A DNA stretch of 64,000 nucleotides from Gammaproteobacteria bacterium (GTDB taxonomy: Bacteria > Pseudomonadota > Gammaproteobacteria > GCA-2400775), in the NCBI GenBank assembly GCA_013151045.1, contig JAADIY010000042.1:20153-84152 (forward strand), written 5' to 3'. Within the stretch, counting starts at the first letter, position 1. Each line of letters begins with the position of its first letter. Below, one piece after another: positions 11,241 through 19,605 of this stretch. The translations under genes and the position numbers were made by a program. A model generated the notes under the pieces. It saw nothing but the letters and a program-made list of their open reading frames with translations, was not told where the DNA came from and made no database searches.

Positions 11241-11750
11241 TTAGTTCTCGCTTGCCAACTTGCGCTCTGCCAAAGTATGGCGTAACAAGCCTACGAGACG
11301 ATCTCCTGTAAGACGATGAGAACGCGCTAAATCACCACGAAACCCAACTCGTCTAACCTTATCACCATCTTGGAAACGAATGGCTAGCCAAGTGTCACGG
11401 CGCATGGCAACCAGACCACGAGGCACAGGGACAGTTAAACGTTTGACACTGACAATATCGTCATAGCTGATGACGATTTCATCTGAATTATTGGCGTAAC
11501 TAAGACCTTCCTCACCAAATACTAGAGTACCCGTATTAGTGAAACGTATCGATGCATCAAAAGTACCGTGACGCGTATAGAGAATATACTTAAATTCTTG
11601 GGGAATCGTTGTTTTATAGTTTGCGCCTAAATAAGTATTAACATCAGGGTCGCTCGCATCAAGATTGGGGTTTGGCGAAGCACAACCGGCCAATACAATC
11701 ATCAAGCTCATGACAAGTATTGCTTTTGATAGATGAGGAAAAATCAGCAT
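11241..11750 (-). CDS. Hypothetical lipoprotein
   Basis: Hydrophobic signal ending in lipobox LAG-C; likely start MLIFPH at 11750. Confidence 0.65.
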   Translation of the reverse strand: MLIFPHLSKAILVMSLMIVLAGCASPNPNLDASDPDVNTYLGANYKTTIPQEFKYILYTRHGTFDASIRFTNTGTLVFGEEGLSYANNSDEIVISYDDIVSVKRLTVPVPRGLVAMRRDTWLAIRFQDGDKVRRVGFRGDLARSHRLTGDRLVGLLRHTLAERKLASEN

Positions 11751-12063
11751 GCCAAGTACTCCCTTAAACAAATCATTAATATTTAAAAACACATCGATTT
11801 AATATCAATAATGTCACTAAAAAACAGTCGTCTAATAAAAACTTTAAACTATAAAATAGCTAAATTTTTATTTACTCTTAACCGACCGAATCACTTTTTA
11901 TGACACCTGGTTTTTCACTTAATTCAATTAATTTAGCGGCATCATAAAGCGTAGCATAACGCTGTAGTTAAACTACAGTTTTGCTGTCCATCCAGCATCA
12001 AGCAATTAATAGCGTTCTAAAACTGATGACATATAAGTCATCATAGAGCTTTTAGCAAAGATC

Positions 12064-12273
12064 GTGGATTCAAGCCGTTAGTGTAACATTAGGTTTAATC
12101 TCGAAAAACACCTCATTGGGTATTTTAAATACTAAGACATTTTCTGAGCAATTGTTTAATTTATCCATTACCTGCTCAACGTGCAGTTCGGCGATGGTCA
12201 TAAAATCATGTTTCTTAGTCAAGTATTACCGAAGGGCCCCATTAGTCTTCTCATTAAGGCCTCTTTTTCAGCT
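12064..12273 (-). mobile_element. IS30-family transposase 3' remnant with right end
   Basis: Translation S*KRGLNEKTNGALR*YLTKKHDF...MDKLNN...FKIPNEVFFEIKPNVTLTA* matches the IS30 C-terminal WERGxNENxNGLxRQYxPK...LNNRPR...TPxEVF pattern; ends ...TTGAATCCAC. Confidence 0.8.
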
Positions 12274-12729
12274 GTTTTCCGAACCGTCTTGGCAATGAGT
12301 GTCAAACAAGATTTTTGTTCGAAAAAAATATTTTGTATCAAGGCAGTAGCCTAAAAATTTCTTAATGAAAAATCAAAACAAAAAGAATTAGTCTCAGGCT
12401 AAATATCTCTATCACTCTGCAAAAATCTGTACATTACAGAGCTAGCGATAATTTTAAAATAGACTTTGGAGCCAAACAGACAGCTGATTAGCACATAGTT
12501 TTGGATAGAAGCCAGTAGGCTCAATTAAAGGCCGTTAAGTGTATTGACTGTACATCTGATCACTATAAAGACAACATATATATTATGTTTTTATGAAGAT
12601 AAGTACCCGTTATTGTCAGCTAGCGTCTTTGCGTCCCTATCTGAGAACAAACCGGGCTCAGCCCTTGCTGCAATCAACGTGTTAAGCGACAAATAAAAAC
12701 CATAAATCGCTAAAAAAATAGCAAAATAT

Positions 12730-15699
12730 CTACTCTGTCACTAAAGCTATTCTCACTGCGTCTAACTTTAATTGCGCACCCTCTAGATAAGCTTGCATTT
12801 CTTGGCTCGCATGTTTGAGATAATCAATTTCTTCACTACGAATACTCGCATTCACCTTAGCCAATGCTTGCAAACGCTGTAGCTCGGCCTGCTGCTCTGT
12901 TTGCATCCTTTGCTTTGCTTGTTCAACAACACTGTCTTTATCAGTAATCGCTAGCGCTTCAGCACGTTCAACCATACTACTAATTTGTGAGCGTGCTTGA
13001 TTTACTAATTCCTGAGCACTGCGCTTATGAACCTTTTGTCCGAGCTTATTTAGATGAACAGACGTCAGCACTTTACTCAAATCGATGTGGTCATTATTCA
13101 CTACCACTCTAACTGTACTTAACGGTAAATAGCGCTCAAGTTGTAAGCTCTTAGGTGCCGCACAATGCACCACAAAGACCGCCTCAAGCAGCAAAGTCCC
13201 CGTCTTTAGAGCAGCGAGTTTTAGAGTACAAAACGCAGTATTACCAAAATCACTGCTTAGCACCATATCCATAGCACCCACTACCATTGGGTGCTCCCAA
13301 CTTAAAAACTGTATATCCTCTCTTGATAAAGCCATCTCGCGCGAGAACGTTGCTGTCATGCCATCGCCACTCAAACTGGGGAAGGTATGATTTATCATAT
13401 GATCACCAGGACGCAGTATCACCGCAGCAGCGCTGTGGTGTTCTTGCTCTACACCAAATTGGTCAAACACGTTTTCCATATAGTTTGACAACTCATGGCG
13501 TCGTTCTTCCTCCATCATATTCTCAACAATGCTATCTGCTTGCTGGTGATTACAAGAATTAAGCTCTAATAAGCGGTCTCTACCTTGTTGTAAATCTTCA
13601 ATAAGATTAGAGGTTTGTATTTTTGTATCAGTAATCAACTTCTCGAGCGCTTGATCATCGCTGGTTTGCTGCATACAAGCAGCAAGTGATTGTTCAAAAG
13701 TACGGTATAGCGCCAAACCAGCTGGGCAAGTATGCTCAAAGGCATTAATCCCATCACGATACCAACGCAATAATACTTCTTGAGCATAGCCCTGATAATA
13801 CGGGACATGAATCTCAACCGTGTTACGTTGGCCGATACGATCTAAACGACCAATTCGCTGCTCGAGCAAATCTGGGTTTAACGGCAAATCAAACAGCACT
13901 AAATGGTGTGAGAACTGAAAGTTACGCCCTTCACTACCAATTTCAGAACAAATAAGAACCTGCGCGCCGTCTTCATCTTCAGCAAAGTAAGCCGCAGCTC
14001 TATCGCGCGCGATAAGAGAAAGTCCTTCGTGAAATACTGAAGATTGCAGGCCAATACGCAGACGCAAATACTCTTCTAATTCCAAGGCTGTTTCAGCTCG
14101 AGCACAGATCACCAATATTTTTTGGTCGCGATGTTGCTTTAACCAATCGGTTAACCATTCAACACGAGTGTCTTCTGCTAACCATTGCCGGCCTAATAAT
14201 AATTCTGGCGCCAACAGCTCATTAATATCAGCATTGCTAGCCGCTGCTTTGTAGCTATCTGGAACAGTCAGCGGATAATCATGTAGTTGCCGCTGAGGAA
14301 AGCCAGGGACTGAAGAACGTGTATTGCGAAATAGAACTCGACCGGTGCCATGGCGGTCAAGTAGATCACTGATAATTGTCTTAATTAATTGTTTGAAGCT
14401 CTCAGCCTTATCAGAAGATTGATCTTCATAGGACTCCACCGCATCACTAAGCGACTTTGCAATATCATCACCCAAATACGTACGTAGCTGCTCAACGAAA
14501 ACAGGTTGTTGTTTCAGTTGGTCAACCACGTCTTCTGCTAACAATACTTGCACTAAAGTATTGACAGGCCGATGGTTTTTTTCTTCTTCTATAAATTTAG
14601 CAACATCGTAATAACGATCAGGGTCGAGTAAGCGCAAACGGGCAAAATGACTTTCTACACCAAGCTGTTCAGGCGTGGCGGTAAGTAGCAATAAGCCTCG
14701 TGCTTGTGCTGCCAAACCTTCAATACATTGATAAGCAGGACTCGCTTCTGCCTCACTCCATTGTAAATGGTGTGCCTCATCAACGATGAGCAAATCCCAC
14801 TCAGCCGCCATCGCCTGCGCATGATGCTGCGGGTTATCTTTTAAAAATGACAGCGTGCACAGAACCAACTGCGCGCTTTCGAACGGATTGGCAAACGGGC
14901 CGTCATTTTCATCTTGCTGAGTTTCTGACCCAGGTTCAGAACCCTCATCAAACACATCATCCTCGTCTTCATCCACAGCAGCCAAAGCTTGGCAGCGCTC
15001 TTCGTCCATAATGCTGAAAAAGAGATTAAACTTGCGTAGCATTTCCACCAGCCATTGGTGCAATAAGCTATCAGGAACAACAATCAATACCCTATTTGCG
15101 CGACCACTAATTAATTGCTGGTGCAATATCAAACCCGCTTCAATAGTTTTACCCAAACCTACTTCATCGGCGAGCAAAACACGTGGCGCATGACGATTAG
15201 CCGCTTCGTGGGCAATAAACAACTGATGGGGTAATAACTGCACTCTCGGACCCAGCAAACCGCGTACCGGAGATTGCTGCTGGCGTCGAATATGCTCCAA
15301 GGTTTCGCAGCGCAATTGAAAAGCTTTGATTTTATCAACTTGCCCTGCAAACAAACGATCTTGTGGCTTACTAAATTGAATAAAGCTATTGAGCTCAAGC
15401 TCAGGCACAACAACAGGATTAACATCAGCATCGATACACTGATAGATATAACACCCATTGTGTTCCACAACATCGGTAACAGTCAGTATTTGCTTTGCTT
15501 CGGTCTCAAGCTCCTGACCCACCTCATAATAAACGCGGCTAATCGGCGCATTATCAATCGCATAAGTCCGTCTCTCACCCGACGCAGGAAAACTAATTTC
15601 CACCCGACGATTAAAAGTATCTACCACAATACCCAAACCCAGCTCAGATTCGGTACTACTTACCCAGCGTTGACCAGGGACAAAATTCTCTATCGACAC
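12730..15699 (-). CDS. rapA: RNA polymerase-associated SWI/SNF ATPase RapA
   Basis: 'GQRWVSSTESELGLG', LLADEVGLGKT, DEAHH, 'EGRNFQF', 'EQRIGRLDRIGQ'. Confidence 0.97.
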   Translation of the reverse strand: MSIENFVPGQRWVSSTESELGLGIVVDTFNRRVEISFPASGERRTYAIDNAPISRVYYEVGQELETEAKQILTVTDVVEHNGCYIYQCIDADVNPVVVPELELNSFIQFSKPQDRLFAGQVDKIKAFQLRCETLEHIRRQQQSPVRGLLGPRVQLLPHQLFIAHEAANRHAPRVLLADEVGLGKTIEAGLILHQQLISGRANRVLIVVPDSLLHQWLVEMLRKFNLFFSIMDEERCQALAAVDEDEDDVFDEGSEPGSETQQDENDGPFANPFESAQLVLCTLSFLKDNPQHHAQAMAAEWDLLIVDEAHHLQWSEAEASPAYQCIEGLAAQARGLLLLTATPEQLGVESHFARLRLLDPDRYYDVAKFIEEEKNHRPVNTLVQVLLAEDVVDQLKQQPVFVEQLRTYLGDDIAKSLSDAVESYEDQSSDKAESFKQLIKTIISDLLDRHGTGRVLFRNTRSSVPGFPQRQLHDYPLTVPDSYKAAASNADINELLAPELLLGRQWLAEDTRVEWLTDWLKQHRDQKILVICARAETALELEEYLRLRIGLQSSVFHEGLSLIARDRAAAYFAEDEDGAQVLICSEIGSEGRNFQFSHHLVLFDLPLNPDLLEQRIGRLDRIGQRNTVEIHVPYYQGYAQEVLLRWYRDGINAFEHTCPAGLALYRTFEQSLAACMQQTSDDQALEKLITDTKIQTSNLIEDLQQGRDRLLELNSCNHQQADSIVENMMEEERRHELSNYMENVFDQFGVEQEHHSAAAVILRPGDHMINHTFPSLSGDGMTATFSREMALSREDIQFLSWEHPMVVGAMDMVLSSDFGNTAFCTLKLAALKTGTLLLEAVFVVHCAAPKSLQLERYLPLSTVRVVVNNDHIDLSKVLTSVHLNKLGQKVHKRSAQELVNQARSQISSMVERAEALAITDKDSVVEQAKQRMQTEQQAELQRLQALAKVNASIRSEEIDYLKHASQEMQAYLEGAQLKLDAVRIALVTE

Positions 15700-16118
15700 A
15701 AAAAACCTGCTAAATACTAAAAATGGAAGCTTACGCTAAGGCGTTGGATGGTAAGGGGTTATAGACCAGTGAACAAGGGTAAATAGGGTATAAAACTGTT
15801 TTTTTGGCAATTTATTTCAGTCCTTGTTTGCGTATAGGACTACTCTAAGCAGACAAAATAACGAAACACGGTCAGACTAATAACCTAATATGCACCCAAC
15901 AATCTTAATTAGACGATTGTTCTTTTTCAATATTTTGATATTTAATCGTATTCGATATCAAGTTTTCGCTGATGAGTGCAACGCGACTCCTTCGTGAATT
16001 CAATTTCCCTCGCTGATCGCCAAGGAAAGCGATAGTATATTTTGACACGTAACGTCAAGAAAATGAATCAACATTACGTTGATCCGTTCGTGTTGTTAAC
16101 TCGACTTGTTTAGCGAAT

Positions 16119-16967
16119 TTAGTTCGCAGGTTTTACAAACTTAAGCGTAAAACGATCACTTTCGCCAATCGCTAAATACTTTTCTTTGTCTTTATCTTCT
16201 AATTTCAAACGTGGTGGCAATGTCCATACACCTGCGGGATGATCTTTATCATCTTTGGCATTAGCATTCACTTCTGAGGTTTCTAGTAATTTAAAACCTG
16301 CTTTTTCAGCTTGCGCAATCGCTACATCTTGATTGACGTAACCCGAACCCGCTTTAGGGTCTTGTTCTGTGTCGGGGTTACCCCGGTGTTCTACCACGCC
16401 CAAAATGCCACCGGGCTTTAAGACTTTATACATTGCAGCATACACGTCATCGGTTGTGCCGTTACTCATCCAGTTATGAATATTACGGAACGTTAACACT
16501 CTATCTACCGTACCGGCTGGCGCAATTTCTGTCTTTTGTGGTGGTGCGAACGGAACAATTTTTACATTGCTGTATACGTCATTCGATTGCATCTTATCTT
16601 TAAACTTTTTCGCTGTTTTCTGAAAATACTCAATACTCGACTCTGGATCCGCGCCGGCAGCATAGAATTTACCTTTGTCTTTTAAGTACGGCGCCAATAC
16701 TTCGGTATACCACGCTCCGCCACCTGGTGAGATCTCAACCACTGTCATGTCAGGCTCTATGCCAAAAAAAGTCAGGGTTTCCAATGGATGCCGATATTGA
16801 TCACGCGCTTTGTTTTTGTCTGAACGGTTATCTCCCGCTAACACGCTCTGCAATAGGTCTTCACTCTCGCTATGATCATGAGCGAATACTGACGATGCAA
16901 GCAACATCCAGCCCACACTTAATATTATTGTCTTACTGATCATTTTCTTAGCTCTGTTTTCAATCAT
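16119..16967 (-). CDS. Exported predicted class I SAM-dependent methyltransferase (COG4798-like)
   Basis: Signal peptide (..SSVFA/HDH), 'RDQYRHP.ETL.FFG', 'VVEISPGGG.WY', 'TFRNIHNW', 'GESDRFTLKF'. Confidence 0.8.
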   Translation of the reverse strand: MIENRAKKMISKTIILSVGWMLLASSVFAHDHSESEDLLQSVLAGDNRSDKNKARDQYRHPLETLTFFGIEPDMTVVEISPGGGAWYTEVLAPYLKDKGKFYAAGADPESSIEYFQKTAKKFKDKMQSNDVYSNVKIVPFAPPQKTEIAPAGTVDRVLTFRNIHNWMSNGTTDDVYAAMYKVLKPGGILGVVEHRGNPDTEQDPKAGSGYVNQDVAIAQAEKAGFKLLETSEVNANAKDDKDHPAGVWTLPPRLKLEDKDKEKYLAIGESDRFTLKFVKPAN

Positions 16968-17023
16968 GATTATCTCTCGGTTCGCATAAGGTGACTAACT
17001 ATGACTTCAGCTATTGTTCTATA

Positions 17024-17213
17024 GGGTGGCTCTAAAAATGAAGATTTTTTCGTGAGCGCAAGGAAGCGCCATGCGCAGAGTCGTACTGAGATCCCTGCGG
17101 CATCATTAAGTACTTCTTCTCGTTGTTCAGGTCGCACTGACTGCGTGATACATGAGGATTCAAGCACGGAGCTGACGCCGCTATCGCGGAAAAAGACCAT
17201 TTTAGAGGTGCCC
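17024..17213. mobile_element. 190-bp MITE-like element
   Basis: Imperfect terminal inverted repeats GGGTGGCTCTAAAAATG / CATTTTAGAGGTGCCC, flanked on both sides by TATA; GC-richer than flanks; no real coding capacity. Confidence 0.65.
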
Positions 17214-17503
17214 TATATATTACACTCTGAATATCGTATAAGTATTACAAATATTATGATTTATTTGTGCGTGCTGCCAGCTTCTTGCGTAGCGATAAAA
17301 TATTTGGGCTTAGAGACAAATAGCCTCTCCTAATATTTATTTTTAGCTTATCTAATAATAGATAAAATAAGTAGGCTCACCTTACTCAGGATGACGTCCT
17401 TAGAAAGTGAAGACACACGCCTTAATTAAATAAAGGAGCGTTCTTCACTATTTTGATGTTGTGCAGGCATTTAAACTTCTAAATAGAATAAAAAAATCGC
17501 TAA

Positions 17504-17701
17504 CTAATCTGGCCAGCAGCGCGATGACAGTAAGAGTGATGACGTGTTTTCAGATGATGCTGTTTTACGTGGGCTTGCTTTCGCCTTTGTCGCCGGCTTA
17601 GCTAGTGGTGTTGCTGTATCTGTAGTTTGCTGTGTTTTAGCGCGGCGTAGACTCTGCGCCAGTTTAGAACCTGCATTAGAGCCAGTCTTAGAATCGGTCA
17701 T
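17504..17701 (-). CDS. mcdB: Alpha-type McdB carboxysome-positioning adaptor
   Basis: Short Lys/Ala/Thr-rich disordered protein ending RCWPD; ATGA overlap with upstream ParA gene. Confidence 0.8.
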   Translation of the reverse strand: MTDSKTGSNAGSKLAQSLRRAKTQQTTDTATPLAKPATKAKASPRKTASSENTSSLLLSSRCWPD

Positions 17702-18330
17702 AATACCTCCTTAATAATTTCATCAATTTCTTCTGCGGCGGCTTCACCTCGCTTACCCATATCATAAACACTTGCGCCTTCTATCGCTGCATTACGATAA
17801 ATCGCTCTGCGGCGGATGCCATTTTTCAGTGCGGGGATATCAAACTCTGTTAACGCTTCTTGCATTGATTTTGACAAGGCACTGCGAGGTTCTAGTTGGT
17901 TTATGATGATATGCGCTTTCAATGCTCGGTTACGCATTTTCGCCTGTTCAATTGCATCAACTAAGCGAATACTCGCCCACAAATCGACTGGCGAGGGTAA
18001 TACGGGAATCAATACCGTATCTGCGGTAGCTAATGCCAACGACATCGTGTCAGTTTCTAAGGTAGGCGGACAATCCATTACGACAAAATCGTAGTCTTGA
18101 CTGAAGCGCTGTGCTTCTCGCGCTAAATTACCGCCAATGGCGATGACTGATACAGGAAACTGCCTCTCATCGGGCGCCAAGCTACTCCACTGCCCTGCTG
18201 AACCTTGTGGATCAGCATCGATAACAAGCACACGGCCCCGCTTTGCCAAACCAGCGGCAAAATTCATACTGAGCGTGGTCTTTCCGGTACCACCCTTTTG
18301 ATTTGCTATTGCAAAAACACGCGCTGACAT
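17698..18330 (-). CDS. mcdA: ParA/MinD-family ATPase McdA
   Basis: Deviant Walker A KGGTGKTT, DADPQ, DCPP; coupled to mcdB at the end of the carboxysome locus. Confidence 0.85.
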   Translation of the reverse strand: MSARVFAIANQKGGTGKTTLSMNFAAGLAKRGRVLVIDADPQGSAGQWSSLAPDERQFPVSVIAIGGNLAREAQRFSQDYDFVVMDCPPTLETDTMSLALATADTVLIPVLPSPVDLWASIRLVDAIEQAKMRNRALKAHIIINQLEPRSALSKSMQEALTEFDIPALKNGIRRRAIYRNAAIEGASVYDMGKRGEAAAEEIDEIIKEVL

Positions 18331-18561
18331 GCTGCGTTCCTATTATTTTTGGCTAATTCTAGCATGCTGCTGAAGGTTCTACTAAGTGCACCAGTAATAA
18401 GAAGTGAATAAAAGGAGAATAAATACCGTTATAATCTATCATGCATCGAGCATTGATATATCATAGATAATTACAAATGATCAACATTGAACATCAGAAT
18501 GCCTCTTTTGCCCTGTTTTCGAGTAATCTAGTCCTTATTTTCTCAATAATTCTTTAGTTTT

Positions 18562-19110
18562 ATGCACCGCCAAAAAGTCCTCAAATTACTCGATAACTAC
18601 AAGACGCCTTTTATGGAAGAAATGGCTATGGTCCAGCGTGCGCAGCAGTTTGCTGAACTACACCCCAATTGCTTTGATCGTATCGATGAAGGTCACTTTA
18701 CCGGTTCGGCTTGGGTACTCAATCCTGCGCGTACCCACACTATGATGTTGCTTCATGCAAAACTGAATATGTGGCTGCAACCTGGTGGTCACGCCGACGG
18801 CGATTCAGACATTACGCGCGTTGTGATGAAGGAGATTTCTGAAGAATCTGGTGTTGATATCGAAAACATTCATTTAATAAATGAGCAGATTTTTGATGTT
18901 GATATTCACACCATTCCTGCCAATCAGCATGACCCTCGTCATCAACATTTTGATATTCGTTTTTTGGTCGAAATTGACGATGCTTTAGATATACCCGGCA
19001 ACCATGAGTCGCATCAAATTGGTTGGGTGCCACTTGAGCAAGTACCGCAATTTAATAATGCGCGTTCGTTCTACCGGATGTTGCAAAAAACCAGGCAAAT
19101 ACGTAACTAA
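18562..19110 (+). CDS. NUDIX hydrolase
   Basis: 'HFTGSAWV', 'WLQPGGHADGDSDITRVVMKEISEESG' Nudix box variant, 'HQHFDIRF'. Confidence 0.88.
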   Translation: MHRQKVLKLLDNYKTPFMEEMAMVQRAQQFAELHPNCFDRIDEGHFTGSAWVLNPARTHTMMLLHAKLNMWLQPGGHADGDSDITRVVMKEISEESGVDIENIHLINEQIFDVDIHTIPANQHDPRHQHFDIRFLVEIDDALDIPGNHESHQIGWVPLEQVPQFNNARSFYRMLQKTRQIRN

Positions 19111-19185
19111 AAAATTCCGGATTAAGCTCGAAAATCAAGCAGTTTTGTCTCTCTTATCCTGAGCATAAAATAACGTTTTATACTG

Positions 19186-19220
19186 CCGGCTTACATTGCG
19201 CAAGTCGGCTTTTTATTTTT
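19186..19220 (+). terminator. Intrinsic terminator after NUDIX gene
   Basis: GCCGGCTT...AAGTCGGC stem followed by TTTTTATTTT. Confidence 0.6.
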
Positions 19221-19278
19221 AGTCTTGTAACAACTAACTATCTATTAGATAGCTTAATTTATAATTTCAAACCAATCA

Positions 19279-19605
19279 CTAATTTTTAAACTTCACCATA
19301 CGAGTCACTTGTATATCTGAAATAAAAATAACGCCTGAGTGTTCATTATAGAAAGGCGCTAAACCCTCTAGGATAGGATCAACAAGCTCTTCTGGTACAG
19401 CAGCAATAATCATCACCAACACATCATCTTCGTTGAACATGATATGTCCTTCATGAAAGCCGTGACGCCCCTTACCTGATAAATTGTTAACAATGGTATA
19501 ACCCTTGACGCCCGCACGATCGAGCATGTCAGTGGCAAACCCTTTATGTTCCCCATCTAAGATAATTTCAAGTTTCTTAACTGGGCTTAAATTAAGGTTT
19601 TTCAT
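19279..19605 (-). CDS. PII-like (SbtB-type) regulator coupled to dabA
   Basis: 'KKLEIIL', 'GVKGYTIVNNLSGKGRHG', 'SGVIFISD.QVTR'; ATGA overlap with dabA. Confidence 0.8.
   Translation of the reverse strand: MKNLNLSPVKKLEIILDGEHKGFATDMLDRAGVKGYTIVNNLSGKGRHGFHEGHIMFNEDDVLVMIIAAVPEELVDPILEGLAPFYNEHSGVIFISDIQVTRMVKFKN

Noticed and set aside
11962-11978. LexA box
   Set aside because: Spacer is 9 nt (CTGT-N9-ACAG), not 8
12300-12720. Possible further gene remnant downstream of rapA
   Set aside because: No convincing family motif could be recovered by manual translation
16042-16083. FNR-like palindromes TTGAC-N7-GTCAA and ATCAAC-N5-GTTGAT
   Set aside because: Spacing and orientation do not fit TTGAT-N4-ATCAA; they lie just past a gene end and are more likely terminator-type stems
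17040-17200. SAM riboswitch upstream of the methyltransferase
   Set aside because: No recognisable SAM-I/II/SAH core; terminal inverted repeats and TATA flanks fit a MITE better
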